A DNA stretch of 64,000 bases from Bdellovibrionales bacterium (GCA_965217115.1 OZ244239.1:1376001-1440000); one strand, 5' to 3'. Counted from the first letter of the stretch, positions 39,517-50,594 are shown. A program made the numbers and translations. The notes: generated by a model from the letters alone, not told the origin.

Positions 39517-39760
39517 TTGTGCCCCCCTGTTACAACGGTGCGACAGAGCACCAGTCGAAGACCTTCTCTGGTCTTATTACTAGTAACAATACCGCGAAAT
39601 CACTCTTGGGGAAACGTTTAGTCATAAAACTAGTCTGAAAAGAAGAGGTTAAAGATAAAGAAGGTTTTTCGTATTGCTTAGGGGCTAGGTCAAATGGCAG
39701 TAGGGAATAAGAAATTTATCGACCAAGGTCTTGGAAACCCTAAAATCTCTTATATAAATC

Positions 39761-41032
39761 CTAAGCACTCTCTTCTTTGTCCTCGACTTCAGAGATCATT
39801 AGGGGGCGAGCGTTATTTTTAATAGCCTCTTCATTGACGATGACCTGCTTGATCTCTGGTTTCGACGGAATTTCAAACATAACATCAAGCATCGCCTCTT
39901 CAATAACTCCACGCAAACCACGGGCCCCAGTTTTACGCTTTAACGCCTCATGGGCAATCGCGCGAATAGCCCCATCTGTAAAGGTTAAATCCACGTCTTC
40001 ATAGCTCAAAAGTTTTTTGTACTGCTTAATCAAGGCATTTTTAGGACGAGTTAAAATATCCACTAAAGCATCTTCCTCTAAAGGGTCTAGAATTCCCACA
40101 ACAGGTAGTCGACCAACAAACTCAGGAATCAAACCAAAACGAGCCAAATCATCAGGTTCCAATTGATGCAGAATGTTTTCACAACTGTCATCCTTTTCCT
40201 TTTGAGTCTTTATGTTCGCAGCAATTCCCATCGTTTTATTTGACACCCTCTTTTCAATAATTTTGTCCAAACCAACAAAAGCTCCACCAACAATGAATAA
40301 TATTCCTGTCGTATCCACTTGAATAAATTCTTGCTGGGGATGTTTTCTTCCGCCTTTGGGGGGCAGACTAGCCATGGTTCCTTCCAGTATTTTCAACAAT
40401 GCCTGTTGTACGCCCTCTCCACTCACATCGCGAGTGATCGAAGCATTTTCCGATTTACGAGTGATCTTATCGATCTCATCAATATAAATAATTCCCCTCT
40501 GGGTTTTTTCAACATCATAATCCGCGGCTTGTAACAAACCCAAAATAACATTTTCAACATCCTCTCCAACATACCCCGCTTCGGTTAGAGTCGTGGCGTC
40601 CGACATAGAAAATGGTACGTTCAAAATACGCGCAATGGTCTGCGCCAATAATGTTTTACCTGACCCTGTTGGGCCAATAATCATAATATTACTTTTCTGT
40701 AATTCGATATCTTCTTTCTTAGAAATACTTAGAGCATTTATTCTTTTATAATGATTGTGCACTGCCACTGATAAGGATTTTTTTGCCTTCTTTTGACCAA
40801 TGACATACTCATCCAAATGGTTCGATATATCTACCGGTTTAGGGACAATCAACGAGCCTTTTAGGGTGCCTTCACGCTCCATTTCCTCATCAATAATATC
40901 ATTACATAAGTCGATGCACTCATCACAAATATAAACACCAGGGCCTGCGATCAGCTTCTTAACTTCTTTCTGGCTTTTACCACAGAAGCTACAACGAAGT
41001 GTTCCTGTTCCTATTGAATCTTTCTTGCTCAT
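39761..41032 (-). CDS. clpX: Clp protease ATP-binding subunit ClpX
   Basis: CSFCGKS zinc finger, [24 protein letters not shown]. Confidence 0.97.
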   Translation of the reverse strand: MSKKDSIGTGTLRCSFCGKSQKEVKKLIAGPGVYICDECIDLCNDIIDEEMEREGTLKGSLIVPKPVDISNHLDEYVIGQKKAKKSLSVAVHNHYKRINALSISKKEDIELQKSNIMIIGPTGSGKTLLAQTIARILNVPFSMSDATTLTEAGYVGEDVENVILGLLQAADYDVEKTQRGIIYIDEIDKITRKSENASITRDVSGEGVQQALLKILEGTMASLPPKGGRKHPQQEFIQVDTTGILFIVGGAFVGLDKIIEKRVSNKTMGIAANIKTQKEKDDSCENILHQLEPDDLARFGLIPEFVGRLPVVGILDPLEEDALVDILTRPKNALIKQYKKLLSYEDVDLTFTDGAIRAIAHEALKRKTGARGLRGVIEEAMLDVMFEIPSKPEIKQVIVNEEAIKNNARPLMISEVEDKEESA

Positions 41033-41643
41033 TAAATATTTCCTTTCGCAGATTTGCGGAATTCCACAATATTATCTATCAGTCCAAAATCCTTAGCTTC
41101 CTCAGCATTCATGAAATGATCACGATCCAAGGCTTGAGACAAGAAATCCTTGTCCTTACCCGTGTGGTGAGAATAAATTTCAAGAACTTTCTCCTTCAAA
41201 GACTTTAATTCCTTCGCCTGAATTTTAATATCAGAAGCCTGCCCCCCAATTCCCTGTCCATATACCATAGGCTGATGAACCATCACCCGGGAGTTAGGCA
41301 TGCAATAACGCTTGCCTTTAGCTCCTGCCGCTAAAAGCAAGGACCCCATACTTGCTGCCATACCTACGCAATAGGTTGAAACATCACATTTTACGAACTG
41401 CATCATATCATAGACGGCCATTCCTGCAGAGAGACTTCCTCCTGGGCTATTTATGTATAAATGTATATCTTTTTCAGGGTTATCTACTTCCAAAAACAAA
41501 AATTGCGCTAAAATAGAATTTGCTACGTCATCGGTTATCGGCGAACCAACAATGACAAGGCGATCTTTTAATAAACGAGAGTAAATATCATAGCTTCTCT
41601 CTCCCCTTGCTGTCTGCTCAATTACATAAGGCACCAACGTCAC
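41032..41643 (-). CDS. clpP: Clp protease proteolytic subunit
   Basis: [35 protein letters not shown]. Confidence 0.97.
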   Translation of the reverse strand: MTLVPYVIEQTARGERSYDIYSRLLKDRLVIVGSPITDDVANSILAQFLFLEVDNPEKDIHLYINSPGGSLSAGMAVYDMMQFVKCDVSTYCVGMAASMGSLLLAAGAKGKRYCMPNSRVMVHQPMVYGQGIGGQASDIKIQAKELKSLKEKVLEIYSHHTGKDKDFLSQALDRDHFMNAEEAKDFGLIDNIVEFRKSAKGNI

Positions 41644-41912
41644 AAAAACTCCTCTTTTTTCAATAAGTTATTTGAGCTACTACTAAATCGTTAAATACCA
41701 ATCGGATTTTTATGAAATGATCTTAAGTGATGTTTTGGTGCGTAAGTTACCAAAATCTGAGAATTATTCCCATAAATCTAAGAAAAGACTACAATCAGTA
41801 CCTTTGTCCTGTTACTACCTATCAGATCTTAACTTTAAGATTTTTTTAACTTATGTCGAAAAGCGGCTCGATTCAAAACCAGAATCGTAAATACTTATAT
41901 ATAGGAGGAAAC

Positions 41913-43424
41913 ATGACCTTATCGCTGTCACTTGCAAAAAAAATTTCCAACACACCTAAACAGGTAGGCGTCATTTTTGTTCAGCAGGGAAACAATAAGC
42001 TTTCCATCAATTCAAGCCATCAACTCAAGGACGGCAAGAGATTGCTCTCTAAAATAAATAAATGTCAGCAAGAGGACCTTTTTTCAGGAAAGACCAATGA
42101 GACTCTTTTTTTTAGAGATGTGAATATTGCCGATTGCTCACATATTCTCTATATAGGAATTGGTAATAAAAAAGAACTCTCAGGAGAGACACTTAGACAG
42201 GTTTCAGCCACAATTCTACAGAGTTTCCAAGAAAATAAATATTCAAAAGGTGTTGTCTTCTTTGATACAATTCCTTTAAAAGACAAACTCAATAGCTTAC
42301 AATCTCTTTCAGAGGGACTTGTCCTTAGCTCCTATGTTTTCGATGAATTAAAAGAAAAGCCTGAAAAAACAGTCAGCTTTCATATACAAATCTACTCATC
42401 GTCAAAAACAAAATCTCTAGAAAAAACTTTTGAATCTGGATCAATTATTGGTCAATTCGTAAATTTTTCTCGTCGTCTAGGAGACATGCCAGGCAATCGA
42501 ATGACACCAACTATTTTGTCTAATGAAGTGACCAAAGCCGCTAAAGATATTTCTAAATTAAAAATCACTGTTTGGAATAAAGCTCGCATAAAAAAAGAAA
42601 AAATGAATTCGTTTCTCTCTGTCTCTCTAGGGAGCGCCCAAGAACCTAAAATGATTGTTATGGAATACAATGGTGCGGCCGCCTCTAAGAGACCCATCGC
42701 CTTTGTTGGAAAAGGGCTTACCTTTGATTGTGGGGGAATCAGTATAAAACCTTCGCCAAGAATGAGCGAGATGAAGTTTGACATGTGTGGGGGAGCCAAT
42801 GTCATTGGAGCCGTTCTTGCCATTGCTAGTTTAAAGCTCAAAGTCAATATTCGCGCTTATATCCCCGCTTCTGAAAATATGCCTGGAGCTGCCGCCAATA
42901 AGCCGGGAGACATTGTTAGGGCTCGCAACGGCAAAACCATTGAGATCAATAACACGGATGCTGAAGGTCGTCTTATTTTAGCAGATGCTCTCGTTTACGC
43001 CTGTGAACAAAAGCCACAAATGGTTGTCGATGCAGCCACTCTTACAGGAGCGATGGTTGTCGCCTTGGGTAACACCCACACTGGTTTTTTCACCCATGAT
43101 GATAAATTAGCAAAGAGAATCAATACAGCTGCTCAGCATTCGAAAGAACCTGTCTGGCGCATGCCCTTAGTGAAGCATCATTTAAATGATGTAAAAGGAC
43201 ATTACGCGGACCTTTCCAATATCTCATCATTCGGGGGAGCTGGCAGCTCTACCGCCGCAGCCTTTTTATCCCAATTTGTAGATGAAAAAATCCCTTGGGC
43301 TCATTTTGATATTGCTGGAACTGGTTGGGACATCGGTAATCGCTCTAACTACAATTCGAAAAAGGGAGCCAGTGGGTCCATGATTAGAACCTTCATTGAA
43401 TTAGCTAAGAGTTTTTCCAATTAG
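41913..43424 (+). CDS. pepA: Leucyl aminopeptidase (M17)
   Basis: GKGLTFD.GG, MKFDMCG, NTDAEGRL; AGGAGG SD before ATG 41913. Confidence 0.95.
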   Translation: MTLSLSLAKKISNTPKQVGVIFVQQGNNKLSINSSHQLKDGKRLLSKINKCQQEDLFSGKTNETLFFRDVNIADCSHILYIGIGNKKELSGETLRQVSATILQSFQENKYSKGVVFFDTIPLKDKLNSLQSLSEGLVLSSYVFDELKEKPEKTVSFHIQIYSSSKTKSLEKTFESGSIIGQFVNFSRRLGDMPGNRMTPTILSNEVTKAAKDISKLKITVWNKARIKKEKMNSFLSVSLGSAQEPKMIVMEYNGAAASKRPIAFVGKGLTFDCGGISIKPSPRMSEMKFDMCGGANVIGAVLAIASLKLKVNIRAYIPASENMPGAAANKPGDIVRARNGKTIEINNTDAEGRLILADALVYACEQKPQMVVDAATLTGAMVVALGNTHTGFFTHDDKLAKRINTAAQHSKEPVWRMPLVKHHLNDVKGHYADLSNISSFGGAGSSTAAAFLSQFVDEKIPWAHFDIAGTGWDIGNRSNYNSKKGASGSMIRTFIELAKSFSN

Positions 43425-43449
43425 CATCGTCAGTGAGAGTTCTTGTGGG

Positions 43450-44124
43450 GTGTTAAAAGAGGATGATTCTATTCGAATGATGAAAAATCTCTGTGATATT
43501 TTATTGGTGCCTGATTCTCAGAGAGATCAGAAGTGGGAGAAAATCTTCTTCGATGCTTTTTTACAGTCAAAAGTAAATATTGTCTCGGAACAACCTCAGA
43601 CAGGGCCTGATGGATGGCCTTATTTATTGGTTTCAACAGATGAAACAGCCAAAGAACCAACCTCTAAGCTATTGAGTTGGCTGAGTCAAAAAGGGGTTGG
43701 CTTGGTTGTAAACCCTCAAAAAGATTTTCCAGATTATATATTTACTTGGGGAATGATTTGGTATCAAAAGCATCGAGGATTATTTCAAGTTGATAAGACG
43801 ATAGACTCCACGTCTAATCTTGTAACTGATAATTGTGAGATTAAATTTGGTCCTCCCTCCAATGAGTATTTACCAATATTTGTACGTAAAATTATTAAGA
43901 AATTTTTGCTTGATCAGGGTATTTTAGAACCTAGGTGGGTTATGGGAAGTGATCGTCGAGATTGCCATGATCTTTGTTTTTCTCTGGAATCTCTAGGAAA
44001 CCCGATTGAGAGCGAACACAAGGGTATTGCTGAGGCTCTTTCGTGGTTTTTGCCTCAGCATTATTCTGTGGTTCTTGTGAGTGAATCTCAATTAATCAAG
44101 GTAAAATTCTTCGAATTTTTTTGA
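43450..44124 (+). CDS. Hypothetical protein
   Basis: 224-aa ORF with GPDGWPY, VNPQKDFPDY and WFLP.HYS motifs; function unknown. Confidence 0.72.
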   Translation: MLKEDDSIRMMKNLCDILLVPDSQRDQKWEKIFFDAFLQSKVNIVSEQPQTGPDGWPYLLVSTDETAKEPTSKLLSWLSQKGVGLVVNPQKDFPDYIFTWGMIWYQKHRGLFQVDKTIDSTSNLVTDNCEIKFGPPSNEYLPIFVRKIIKKFLLDQGILEPRWVMGSDRRDCHDLCFSLESLGNPIESEHKGIAEALSWFLPQHYSVVLVSESQLIKVKFFEFF

Positions 44125-45366
44125 GAAGCTCTGTTGATATTTCTTAAGGGCTGAATCACACTTCTTAGTATCTTGATTTTCAAGAACGCCCATGGACTTA
44201 TCTAAATAACACTTAATTAATTGTTTCCGATTTTGCTCTTTCTCTGAGGAGAGTCCTTTGGTGAGAATATCTAAGGCTTGTGTTATGTTTTTATTGATCT
44301 CTACAGTTGGGAATCGGGCCTTTAAGTTTTTTAAATTTAAATTTGGAGAAGGTTTTGGGTTTTTTAGTTTTTGACTGATGTCATGATGCATTTTTACATA
44401 CCAATAAAGAGCTTCAGGGGCTGCTTTTGAATAGGAGTAATTCTTAATGACTGTTTCTAGGCGCATTCTACAAGCGATGTAGTGATTGGCCGGGTCGGAT
44501 TCTTTAGTAGATAAAGAAGAGAAAAACTCTGATAATGGTTTTTCCTTTGGGTTTGCAACGTTACAGTTAAACATGGCAACAGACAGGTCTCGATTAGCGA
44601 GTTCATTGGAAACGAAAAGAAGTAAAGGATAGACATCTTTTTTATAGAAATCTGTTCCTTCGAAGTCTCTCTCTAAAAGACGAATTATTTCATAAGCGTC
44701 GTCAAGATAGTGAATAGTTCTCTTAACACCTCTGTATTGTTGCAAAGAGTTTTTTACAGAGCCAATAAGAGCATTTGCCGATTTTTTAGGTTCGAATGTA
44801 GAAAAAACCTTGTAATAATGCAAAAGTAATTTGCTGGAGTCCTTAAATGCGCCAATTTTTTGAGCTGATAATGAGGCTTTGAGAAGGGCCTCTTTGTAAA
44901 TATGAGAGGCTTTTTTATTTGATAAAATATTTTCGATCGTAAGATCGTTAGGAAAAATAGCGGCGTTCTCTTCTTCTGAAGAATAATTTAGTATAGTTGT
45001 TTTGTTGATGTTTTTAGAAAAAGGAATTTTGTTAATATTTTTGTGGAATTGTTTTTTAAGCGCCTTGATGGCCTCTACATGATAGTGAATAGCCTGACAG
45101 TGTTTTTTTTGGCTTAACAGAAAGGATTTTTTTTCTTGTTTGTTCAGTATTTCCTGTGCTTGTTTTTGTAGTAAAATACCTTGTTCTAGAAGAAACGAAG
45201 GAATCACTTGAGGAGCTAAATTGTGCGATTCTATGCTGGGATTATCATCTTCACATTCAAAAATTGATTTTAAAGGTTCTATCAGATCAGTTAAGCGAGG
45301 AACTTCCTGACTGTAGGCATTGATTGTACTAGCAAGAATAGTAATAAACGTGATGGATTTTAACAT
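44092..45366 (-). CDS. Secreted protein with a BamD-like TPR region
   Basis: Signal peptide; LANRDLSVAMF...YIACRMRLETVIKNYSYSKAAPEALY resembles BamD C-terminal helices. Confidence 0.6.
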   Translation of the reverse strand: MLKSITFITILASTINAYSQEVPRLTDLIEPLKSIFECEDDNPSIESHNLAPQVIPSFLLEQGILLQKQAQEILNKQEKKSFLLSQKKHCQAIHYHVEAIKALKKQFHKNINKIPFSKNINKTTILNYSSEEENAAIFPNDLTIENILSNKKASHIYKEALLKASLSAQKIGAFKDSSKLLLHYYKVFSTFEPKKSANALIGSVKNSLQQYRGVKRTIHYLDDAYEIIRLLERDFEGTDFYKKDVYPLLLFVSNELANRDLSVAMFNCNVANPKEKPLSEFFSSLSTKESDPANHYIACRMRLETVIKNYSYSKAAPEALYWYVKMHHDISQKLKNPKPSPNLNLKNLKARFPTVEINKNITQALDILTKGLSSEKEQNRKQLIKCYLDKSMGVLENQDTKKCDSALKKYQQSFSKKFEEFYLD

Positions 45367-45407
45367 GAGAAGGGCTCCTTTTTGTAAAGGGTGATACTAC
45401 AGAGTAT

Positions 45408-45423
45408 AGCGAAAATTGTGCCA
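45408..45423 (-). promoter_or_regulatory. Sigma54-like -24/-12 promoter
   Basis: Minus strand TGGCAC-AATTT-TCGCT upstream of 45366. Confidence 0.58.
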
Positions 45424-45592
45424 ATATCAGCTCTGAATAAAATAGATTTTGATACGCAAGAGGCTGTTCAATTATCAGACAGAACAGCGAGCAGAGAGGA
45501 CACACTCTAAATAGCCAGTATTTCTAATAATTTAAGAGAGTCAATAAAATAGGCTGATTGACAAAATATGTAAGTCAATATTGGAGGGTCTG

Positions 45593-46483
45593 TCAGTCCC
45601 TTTCGCCAAATTTGAGCTTTTCTTTTAAAAGGTCAAAATAATTATGTTTGGGATTTCTGACGATCCAGTGAGGTTGGGAAGTTTTGCGTATGATGATCTG
45701 ATCTCCAGCGCTAAGGTCAGAGATATTTTGTCCATCAATAATAAAACTGGCTTTCTGATTGGTGGGATTTAATGTGATCTCTATTTCCTGTTCATCAGAA
45801 AAAATAAGAGGTCTACTGGTTAAACTATGGGGACATATAGGGGTGAGAACAAAAGCGTCGACTTCAGGATGTAAGATAGGACCTCCAGCTGCTAAATTAT
45901 AGGCAGTGGACCCTGTCGGACTAGCCACAATAACTCCATCGGCTTTAATATCGAGAACAGGACGACGATTGCGACAGACGGCAACGTTGATTAAATGGCT
46001 AGAGGAGCCTCTTTCAATAACAACGTCATTGAGAGCTAAGATTTTTTTTATTTTTCGGTTCTTTTTTTTGAGATTAACTTCCATCATAGAGCGGGCGCGT
46101 AGTTGCATTTTTCCCTTAAGGGTGTCCAGAACAGTTTGATGAAGGTTTTCCACTTTTGTTTGTGTAAGAAACCCTAGGGAGCCTAGGTTGAAACCTAAAA
46201 TAGGAACAGGTCGTCCTTCGAGAAAACGAATGGCTTCTAGATATGTCCCGTCACCACCGAGAACAACTATTAATGTTAACTGTTTGATGTTATTTTTAGT
46301 GACAGGTTTAGAGTGGGGAAGGTTGATCTGTTTAGGTGTATTGAAAATAGTAACATTCTGTTCGTTAAGCCATACACAGAATTCTTTAGCGACTTGTTCA
46401 GCACTAGGAGTGTTCTTGCGATAGATAATAGCGACTTTGGCTTTGTTTAAGCTGATAGCTAGCTTTTTTATCTGAATTCCCAC
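45593..46483 (-). CDS. nadK: NAD+ kinase
   Basis: LGGDGT, GSLGFL, ALND, PTGSTAYNLAAGGP. Confidence 0.95.
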   Translation of the reverse strand: MGIQIKKLAISLNKAKVAIIYRKNTPSAEQVAKEFCVWLNEQNVTIFNTPKQINLPHSKPVTKNNIKQLTLIVVLGGDGTYLEAIRFLEGRPVPILGFNLGSLGFLTQTKVENLHQTVLDTLKGKMQLRARSMMEVNLKKKNRKIKKILALNDVVIERGSSSHLINVAVCRNRRPVLDIKADGVIVASPTGSTAYNLAAGGPILHPEVDAFVLTPICPHSLTSRPLIFSDEQEIEITLNPTNQKASFIIDGQNISDLSAGDQIIIRKTSQPHWIVRNPKHNYFDLLKEKLKFGERD

Positions 46484-46492
46484 GGTAGCACC

Positions 46493-48565
46493 TTATAAAC
46501 TTAAAAGCCCTTCTCTTTTTAAGAGAGGCCCTACTTGAGGGTCTCGTCCACGAAACTTGCGATACAGAACATCAGGGGACTCAGTATTGCCCCGTGAAAG
46601 AATATTCTTTTTAAAGTTTTTGGCCGTCTCATGGTTAAAAACACCTTTTTCCTGGAAAAGAGCAAATGCATCTGCATCTAAGACTTCGGCCCATTTATAG
46701 CTATAATAACCAGAGGAGTAACCTCCAGCAAAAATATGGCTAAAACTCACCGAGAAGTTTGTATTTTCGATATAGGGAGTAAGGGTGGTTTTTAGACAGG
46801 TCTCTTTTTCAAATTCAACAACACTTTTAATGTTGGATGGATCTGAGCTGTGCCAAGCCATATCTAAAAAACTAAAATTTAATTGCCTAAGGCCAAAATA
46901 CCCTGCCTGAAACTGTTCTTGAGCTTTGATTTTTTCAATAAGATCGTCAGAGATAAGTTCTCCGGTTTTGTAATGATGGGCGAAGAGTTCAAGAGCTGAT
47001 TTTTCCTTCATCCAGTTTTCCATGATTTGGGATGGAAGTTCCACAAAATCCCAAAGAACATGGTTGCCACTAAGCGAGCAATATTGACACTGAGATAAAA
47101 GTCCATGGATGGCATGACCAAATTCATGGAACAGTGTTGTCGCCTCCTGAAAGGTGATGAGAGAGGGGGTTGTTTCCGTGGGTTTGGTGAAATTACAGAC
47201 AATACTTGCGTGGGGGCGGCGGTCTTTACCAAAAGAAAACCCCTGAGAGCGAAAACCGGTGGCCCAAGCGCCGTTCTGTTTTGTTGGGCGTGGAAAGAAG
47301 TCAGTGTAGAAGAGACCGATGTACTCAGAGGAGCTTTTATCTCTAACTTCGTAAACCTTCACATCCTTATGATAGACGGGGAGATCGGTGACTCTTGTAA
47401 ACGAAAGGTCGTAGAGTTTTTCAGCCACTTGAAAAACTCCATTAAGAACATTTTCTAATTTAAAATAAGGTCTTAGAGTTTCGGAATTAAAGTTAAGCTT
47501 TTTTTCCTGTAATTTATTAGAGTAATAACCAAAGTCCCAGGGGAAAATATCACCATCAGACCCATCTAATTCTTGACGAAATTTTTTAAGTTCATCGAGG
47601 TCCTTTTCGGCGGCAGGCTTATAGGTCTTGTAAAGGTTCTGCAGAAAAGATTGAACGGTTTTTGGATCTTTGGCCATACGCTCTTTAAGAACGAAGTCGG
47701 CATGGCTTTTATAGTCGAGAATTTGAGCCCTTTGGTGACGAAGGTTAACGATTTTCAGAATAATTTCTTGATTGTTGTAGGGGGCAGAAAAGGCGCGGCT
47801 AGAAAAAGCAAACCACATTTTTTTACGTAACTTTTCGTTGTCGATGTATTTCATAAATGGAGTAAAGCTAGGAGACGCAAGAGTGAACAGCCACTTGTTG
47901 CTCTCGCCGTTTTCTTTGGCAGCTAAGGCCGCGGCGTCAATGGCAGAGTCGGGAAGTCCTTTCAAATCTTCTCGGCTATCGATCCATAGTTTAAAATCGT
48001 TTGTCGCCTTAAGAAGATTTTCGGAGTATTTGGGGGCAAGAGCAGAGAGGTCTTTGTCGATTTGACGTATTTTTTCTTTGTCGTCAATGCTCAGTAAAGC
48101 TCCATTTCTAGAAAATGTGTTATATTGATCTTCTAACAAACGTTTTTGTTCCAGATTAAGGTCTAAATCCTTCATTTGATCATAGGCTGTTTTGATTTTT
48201 TTAAAGAGATCAGAGTCTAGAGAGACATCACTAGAAAATTCGGCGAGTTTAGCAGAGATAACGGGGGTCAGTTCTTGGATGTCCTCCGTGGCTTCAGCGT
48301 GATGAAGATTAAAAAACACTCCAGAGATGTAGTCTACTAGATCGGAGCTGGTCTCTAGGGCGAGAACTGTATTGGAAAAGCTGATAGGTTCGGTATTGTT
48401 TTTTATGAGAGCTATCTTTTCTTTAGAATCTGCAATGGAAAATTCAAGGGCGGGTAGGAAATGATCATTTTTAATTTGATCAAACGGCACGGCCTGGTCA
48501 CGAAGATTTGAGAGTTCAATAAGAGGATTGTTTTTTGGTTTTATGATTTTTTCTTTCATGCCCAT
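46493..48565 (-). CDS. M3 family metallopeptidase (oligopeptidase A / Dcp-like)
   Basis: LFHEFGHAIH, WDFVELPSQIMEN, FSHIFAGGYSSGYYSYKWAEVLDAD. Confidence 0.95.
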   Translation of the reverse strand: MGMKEKIIKPKNNPLIELSNLRDQAVPFDQIKNDHFLPALEFSIADSKEKIALIKNNTEPISFSNTVLALETSSDLVDYISGVFFNLHHAEATEDIQELTPVISAKLAEFSSDVSLDSDLFKKIKTAYDQMKDLDLNLEQKRLLEDQYNTFSRNGALLSIDDKEKIRQIDKDLSALAPKYSENLLKATNDFKLWIDSREDLKGLPDSAIDAAALAAKENGESNKWLFTLASPSFTPFMKYIDNEKLRKKMWFAFSSRAFSAPYNNQEIILKIVNLRHQRAQILDYKSHADFVLKERMAKDPKTVQSFLQNLYKTYKPAAEKDLDELKKFRQELDGSDGDIFPWDFGYYSNKLQEKKLNFNSETLRPYFKLENVLNGVFQVAEKLYDLSFTRVTDLPVYHKDVKVYEVRDKSSSEYIGLFYTDFFPRPTKQNGAWATGFRSQGFSFGKDRRPHASIVCNFTKPTETTPSLITFQEATTLFHEFGHAIHGLLSQCQYCSLSGNHVLWDFVELPSQIMENWMKEKSALELFAHHYKTGELISDDLIEKIKAQEQFQAGYFGLRQLNFSFLDMAWHSSDPSNIKSVVEFEKETCLKTTLTPYIENTNFSVSFSHIFAGGYSSGYYSYKWAEVLDADAFALFQEKGVFNHETAKNFKKNILSRGNTESPDVLYRKFRGRDPQVGPLLKREGLLSL

Positions 48566-48609
48566 CTTGTAGCATCAATTGCAGGGGCTGACTACTTAAA
48601 GGTGATCTC

Positions 48610-49152
48610 TTAGCGATAAAGACAAAGCCCCAAGTCTCCACCACCAATAGCGCGGCAATAGCCGTTAGACCCGCATGAATCAGATTGAATGACAAGACAG
48701 GTCTGAAGAACATCTTTGTTGCAAGCCCCCCGGTATTGAGAGGGGATGGCATTGTAGGATCTTGGTTGTGGGGCTGAGAAGGCATACTGTTGGTAGTTCC
48801 AGCCATATGAAAAATAGTGAGCATTTCTTGCTAACTGTGAGTGATTAATACAGGTGAGGCCTAAGTGATTGCTGTAGGCGACGGAATAGCCAGCTTGACA
48901 CCCGCAAAAACCACTCTGATAGTTGTCATAATAGCCAGTGTACTGGCCATTTGTATTTCGAGGATAATTGCGAAAGCCACCATTGTATTGACCTGAGTAA
49001 GTACAGTTATTCTGCCCATTAAGGCACCCTGAATTAGGAGTGAGAGCAATATCCTCACTTTTTGACGAGTCATTACTACAGCCCACGCTCAGAGTGGTAA
49101 AAAGAGCTAGAGAGACGATCGTAATAAGAGAAAGAGACATTTTTTTAATCAT
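48610..49152 (-). CDS. Cys-rich lipoprotein
   Basis: SVGC lipobox; multiple Cys; N/G/Y-rich. Confidence 0.78.
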   Translation of the reverse strand: MIKKMSLSLITIVSLALFTTLSVGCSNDSSKSEDIALTPNSGCLNGQNNCTYSGQYNGGFRNYPRNTNGQYTGYYDNYQSGFCGCQAGYSVAYSNHLGLTCINHSQLARNAHYFSYGWNYQQYAFSAPQPRSYNAIPSQYRGACNKDVLQTCLVIQSDSCGSNGYCRAIGGGDLGLCLYR

Positions 49153-49310
49153 TTTTAAAACCTCAAATTAAGAGACAGTATCTATTAATATTTTTCGTTT
49201 CTAATGAAATGTGTTCAAAATACATGCCTATAATTGTTAGTTCCAAGAGTGTTTTCTACGCAATAGAGCTTTGGAAAATACAAAAGATGACAATTAATGG
49301 CAAATGAAAC

Positions 49311-49333
49311 AAAAAAAAGCCCTTTGTGAGCTT
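49311..49333 (-). terminator. Probable native terminator of gene 49602-50594, displaced by the MITE
   Basis: Minus strand AAGCTC-ACAAA-GGGCTT followed by a U-run. Confidence 0.55.
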
Positions 49334-49339
49334 GTAGTT

Positions 49340-49595
49340 GGTTCTTTGTGATAAATAGTGGAACTGTTCCCAAGAGACTCATCTTGAGGGCTCTCTTTTA
49401 AAACTATCCATGGATAACAGCGTTGTTACACATGGAGGTCAGTCATAGAAATAGATCCATTGCATTTCTCTGCAATGGAAGGTGACAAACAGATGTTTGA
49501 GCAAGAAAAGGGCTAGATTCTTTTGGGAGAGACTCTAGAAAAAAAACAGCTCATCAGAAAAAAACTGGCTCCACTATTGTTTGTCATAAAGAACC
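49340..49595. mobile_element. MITE copy 2 (256 bp)
   Basis: GGTTCTTTGTGATAAATAGTGGA ... TCCACTATTGTTTGTCATAAAGAACC; flanks TTGTAGTT (49332-49339) and TTGTAGCT (49596-49603). Confidence 0.85.
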
Positions 49596-49601
49596 TTGTA
49601 G

Positions 49602-50594
49602 CTACTCTAGAAGAGTCGCATTTTTATCAGCACTTCTCTGAAATTTGAAAATCATGTTTAAAATCAAAGAAGTCTCACTTTCTCCCTTTTCATCTTCAGA
49701 TAGACGAATACTTGGGGCGGCAATAATTCCTCCGTTAATGTCAATTTTGTACTCAACAGCAAGATCGCTTTGTGTGTCTATGTCGTCGCCCTCGTTATTA
49801 ATTGAGGTGTATTCAACAAGAAGCTCGCCCTTCTCACCAAGAAGAGACATCTTCTTAGCAGCACTAAGAACAAAGGCAAAATCAGCATCTGAGTATAGAG
49901 GGTTGTTTTTCATCCAGATACCTTCAGTACCAAATTCCCAGCCGTCTGTTCTGTAAATAACACCAACGATAGCACGGTTTTCTTTATCTTCCGTATTTTC
50001 GTCATTACCTTTTTCCATGTAGGTGGTGTATGCTTGTGTTTGCCCATCAAGATCAACTCCTGCCGAAACAGAAAACCCATCGAAGTCACCGATTTCTTTT
50101 GAGCTATTTGTGTTTTCTACAGATTTACCCGTTTCAAAAATAGAAAATTGGAATCCTCTTATTAATTGTTCAGGCTTAATCTTAACAGTAATAGCGACGG
50201 GGTATTCTTCTTTATTCAGTTTATAGGCAAGACTGTTTTCTTCGCCAGCTAATTTAGAATAAGCGCCGAGTTGGAGGCCTCTCCTGCCAAAGATAAGCGT
50301 GAAGAAATCATTGGCGTGATAAATGAGATATGCTTCTTTAAAGATCTTCTTATATTTCTTATCATCGATTAAATCGTCATCTTGCAGACCATTATTTAAT
50401 TCAGCCATGATCACAGCTTTGATTTTTTTAGTCAACTGAGCTGTGATTTTATGCTTAGAGTATGTTACACCTGAATCTGTTTCTGAATAATGAACCCTCG
50501 TATTAGAGTTAATACTAATGCCATCAATATCAGCCATCGCATTTATGCTGAATATTATGAAAGAGCCTAGAGAGATTTTTGCTAAAAAGGTCAT
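49602..50594 (-). CDS. Putative outer-membrane beta-barrel / porin-like protein
   Basis: Signal peptide (AMA), alternating beta-strand pattern, acidic loops; paralog of 50797-51840. Confidence 0.7.
   Translation of the reverse strand: MTFLAKISLGSFIIFSINAMADIDGISINSNTRVHYSETDSGVTYSKHKITAQLTKKIKAVIMAELNNGLQDDDLIDDKKYKKIFKEAYLIYHANDFFTLIFGRRGLQLGAYSKLAGEENSLAYKLNKEEYPVAITVKIKPEQLIRGFQFSIFETGKSVENTNSSKEIGDFDGFSVSAGVDLDGQTQAYTTYMEKGNDENTEDKENRAIVGVIYRTDGWEFGTEGIWMKNNPLYSDADFAFVLSAAKKMSLLGEKGELLVEYTSINNEGDDIDTQSDLAVEYKIDINGGIIAAPSIRLSEDEKGESETSLILNMIFKFQRSADKNATLLE

Noticed and set aside
37196..40534. Antisense ORFs inside lon and clpX (and similar ones inside other long genes)
   Set aside because: Shadow frames of well-supported conserved genes.
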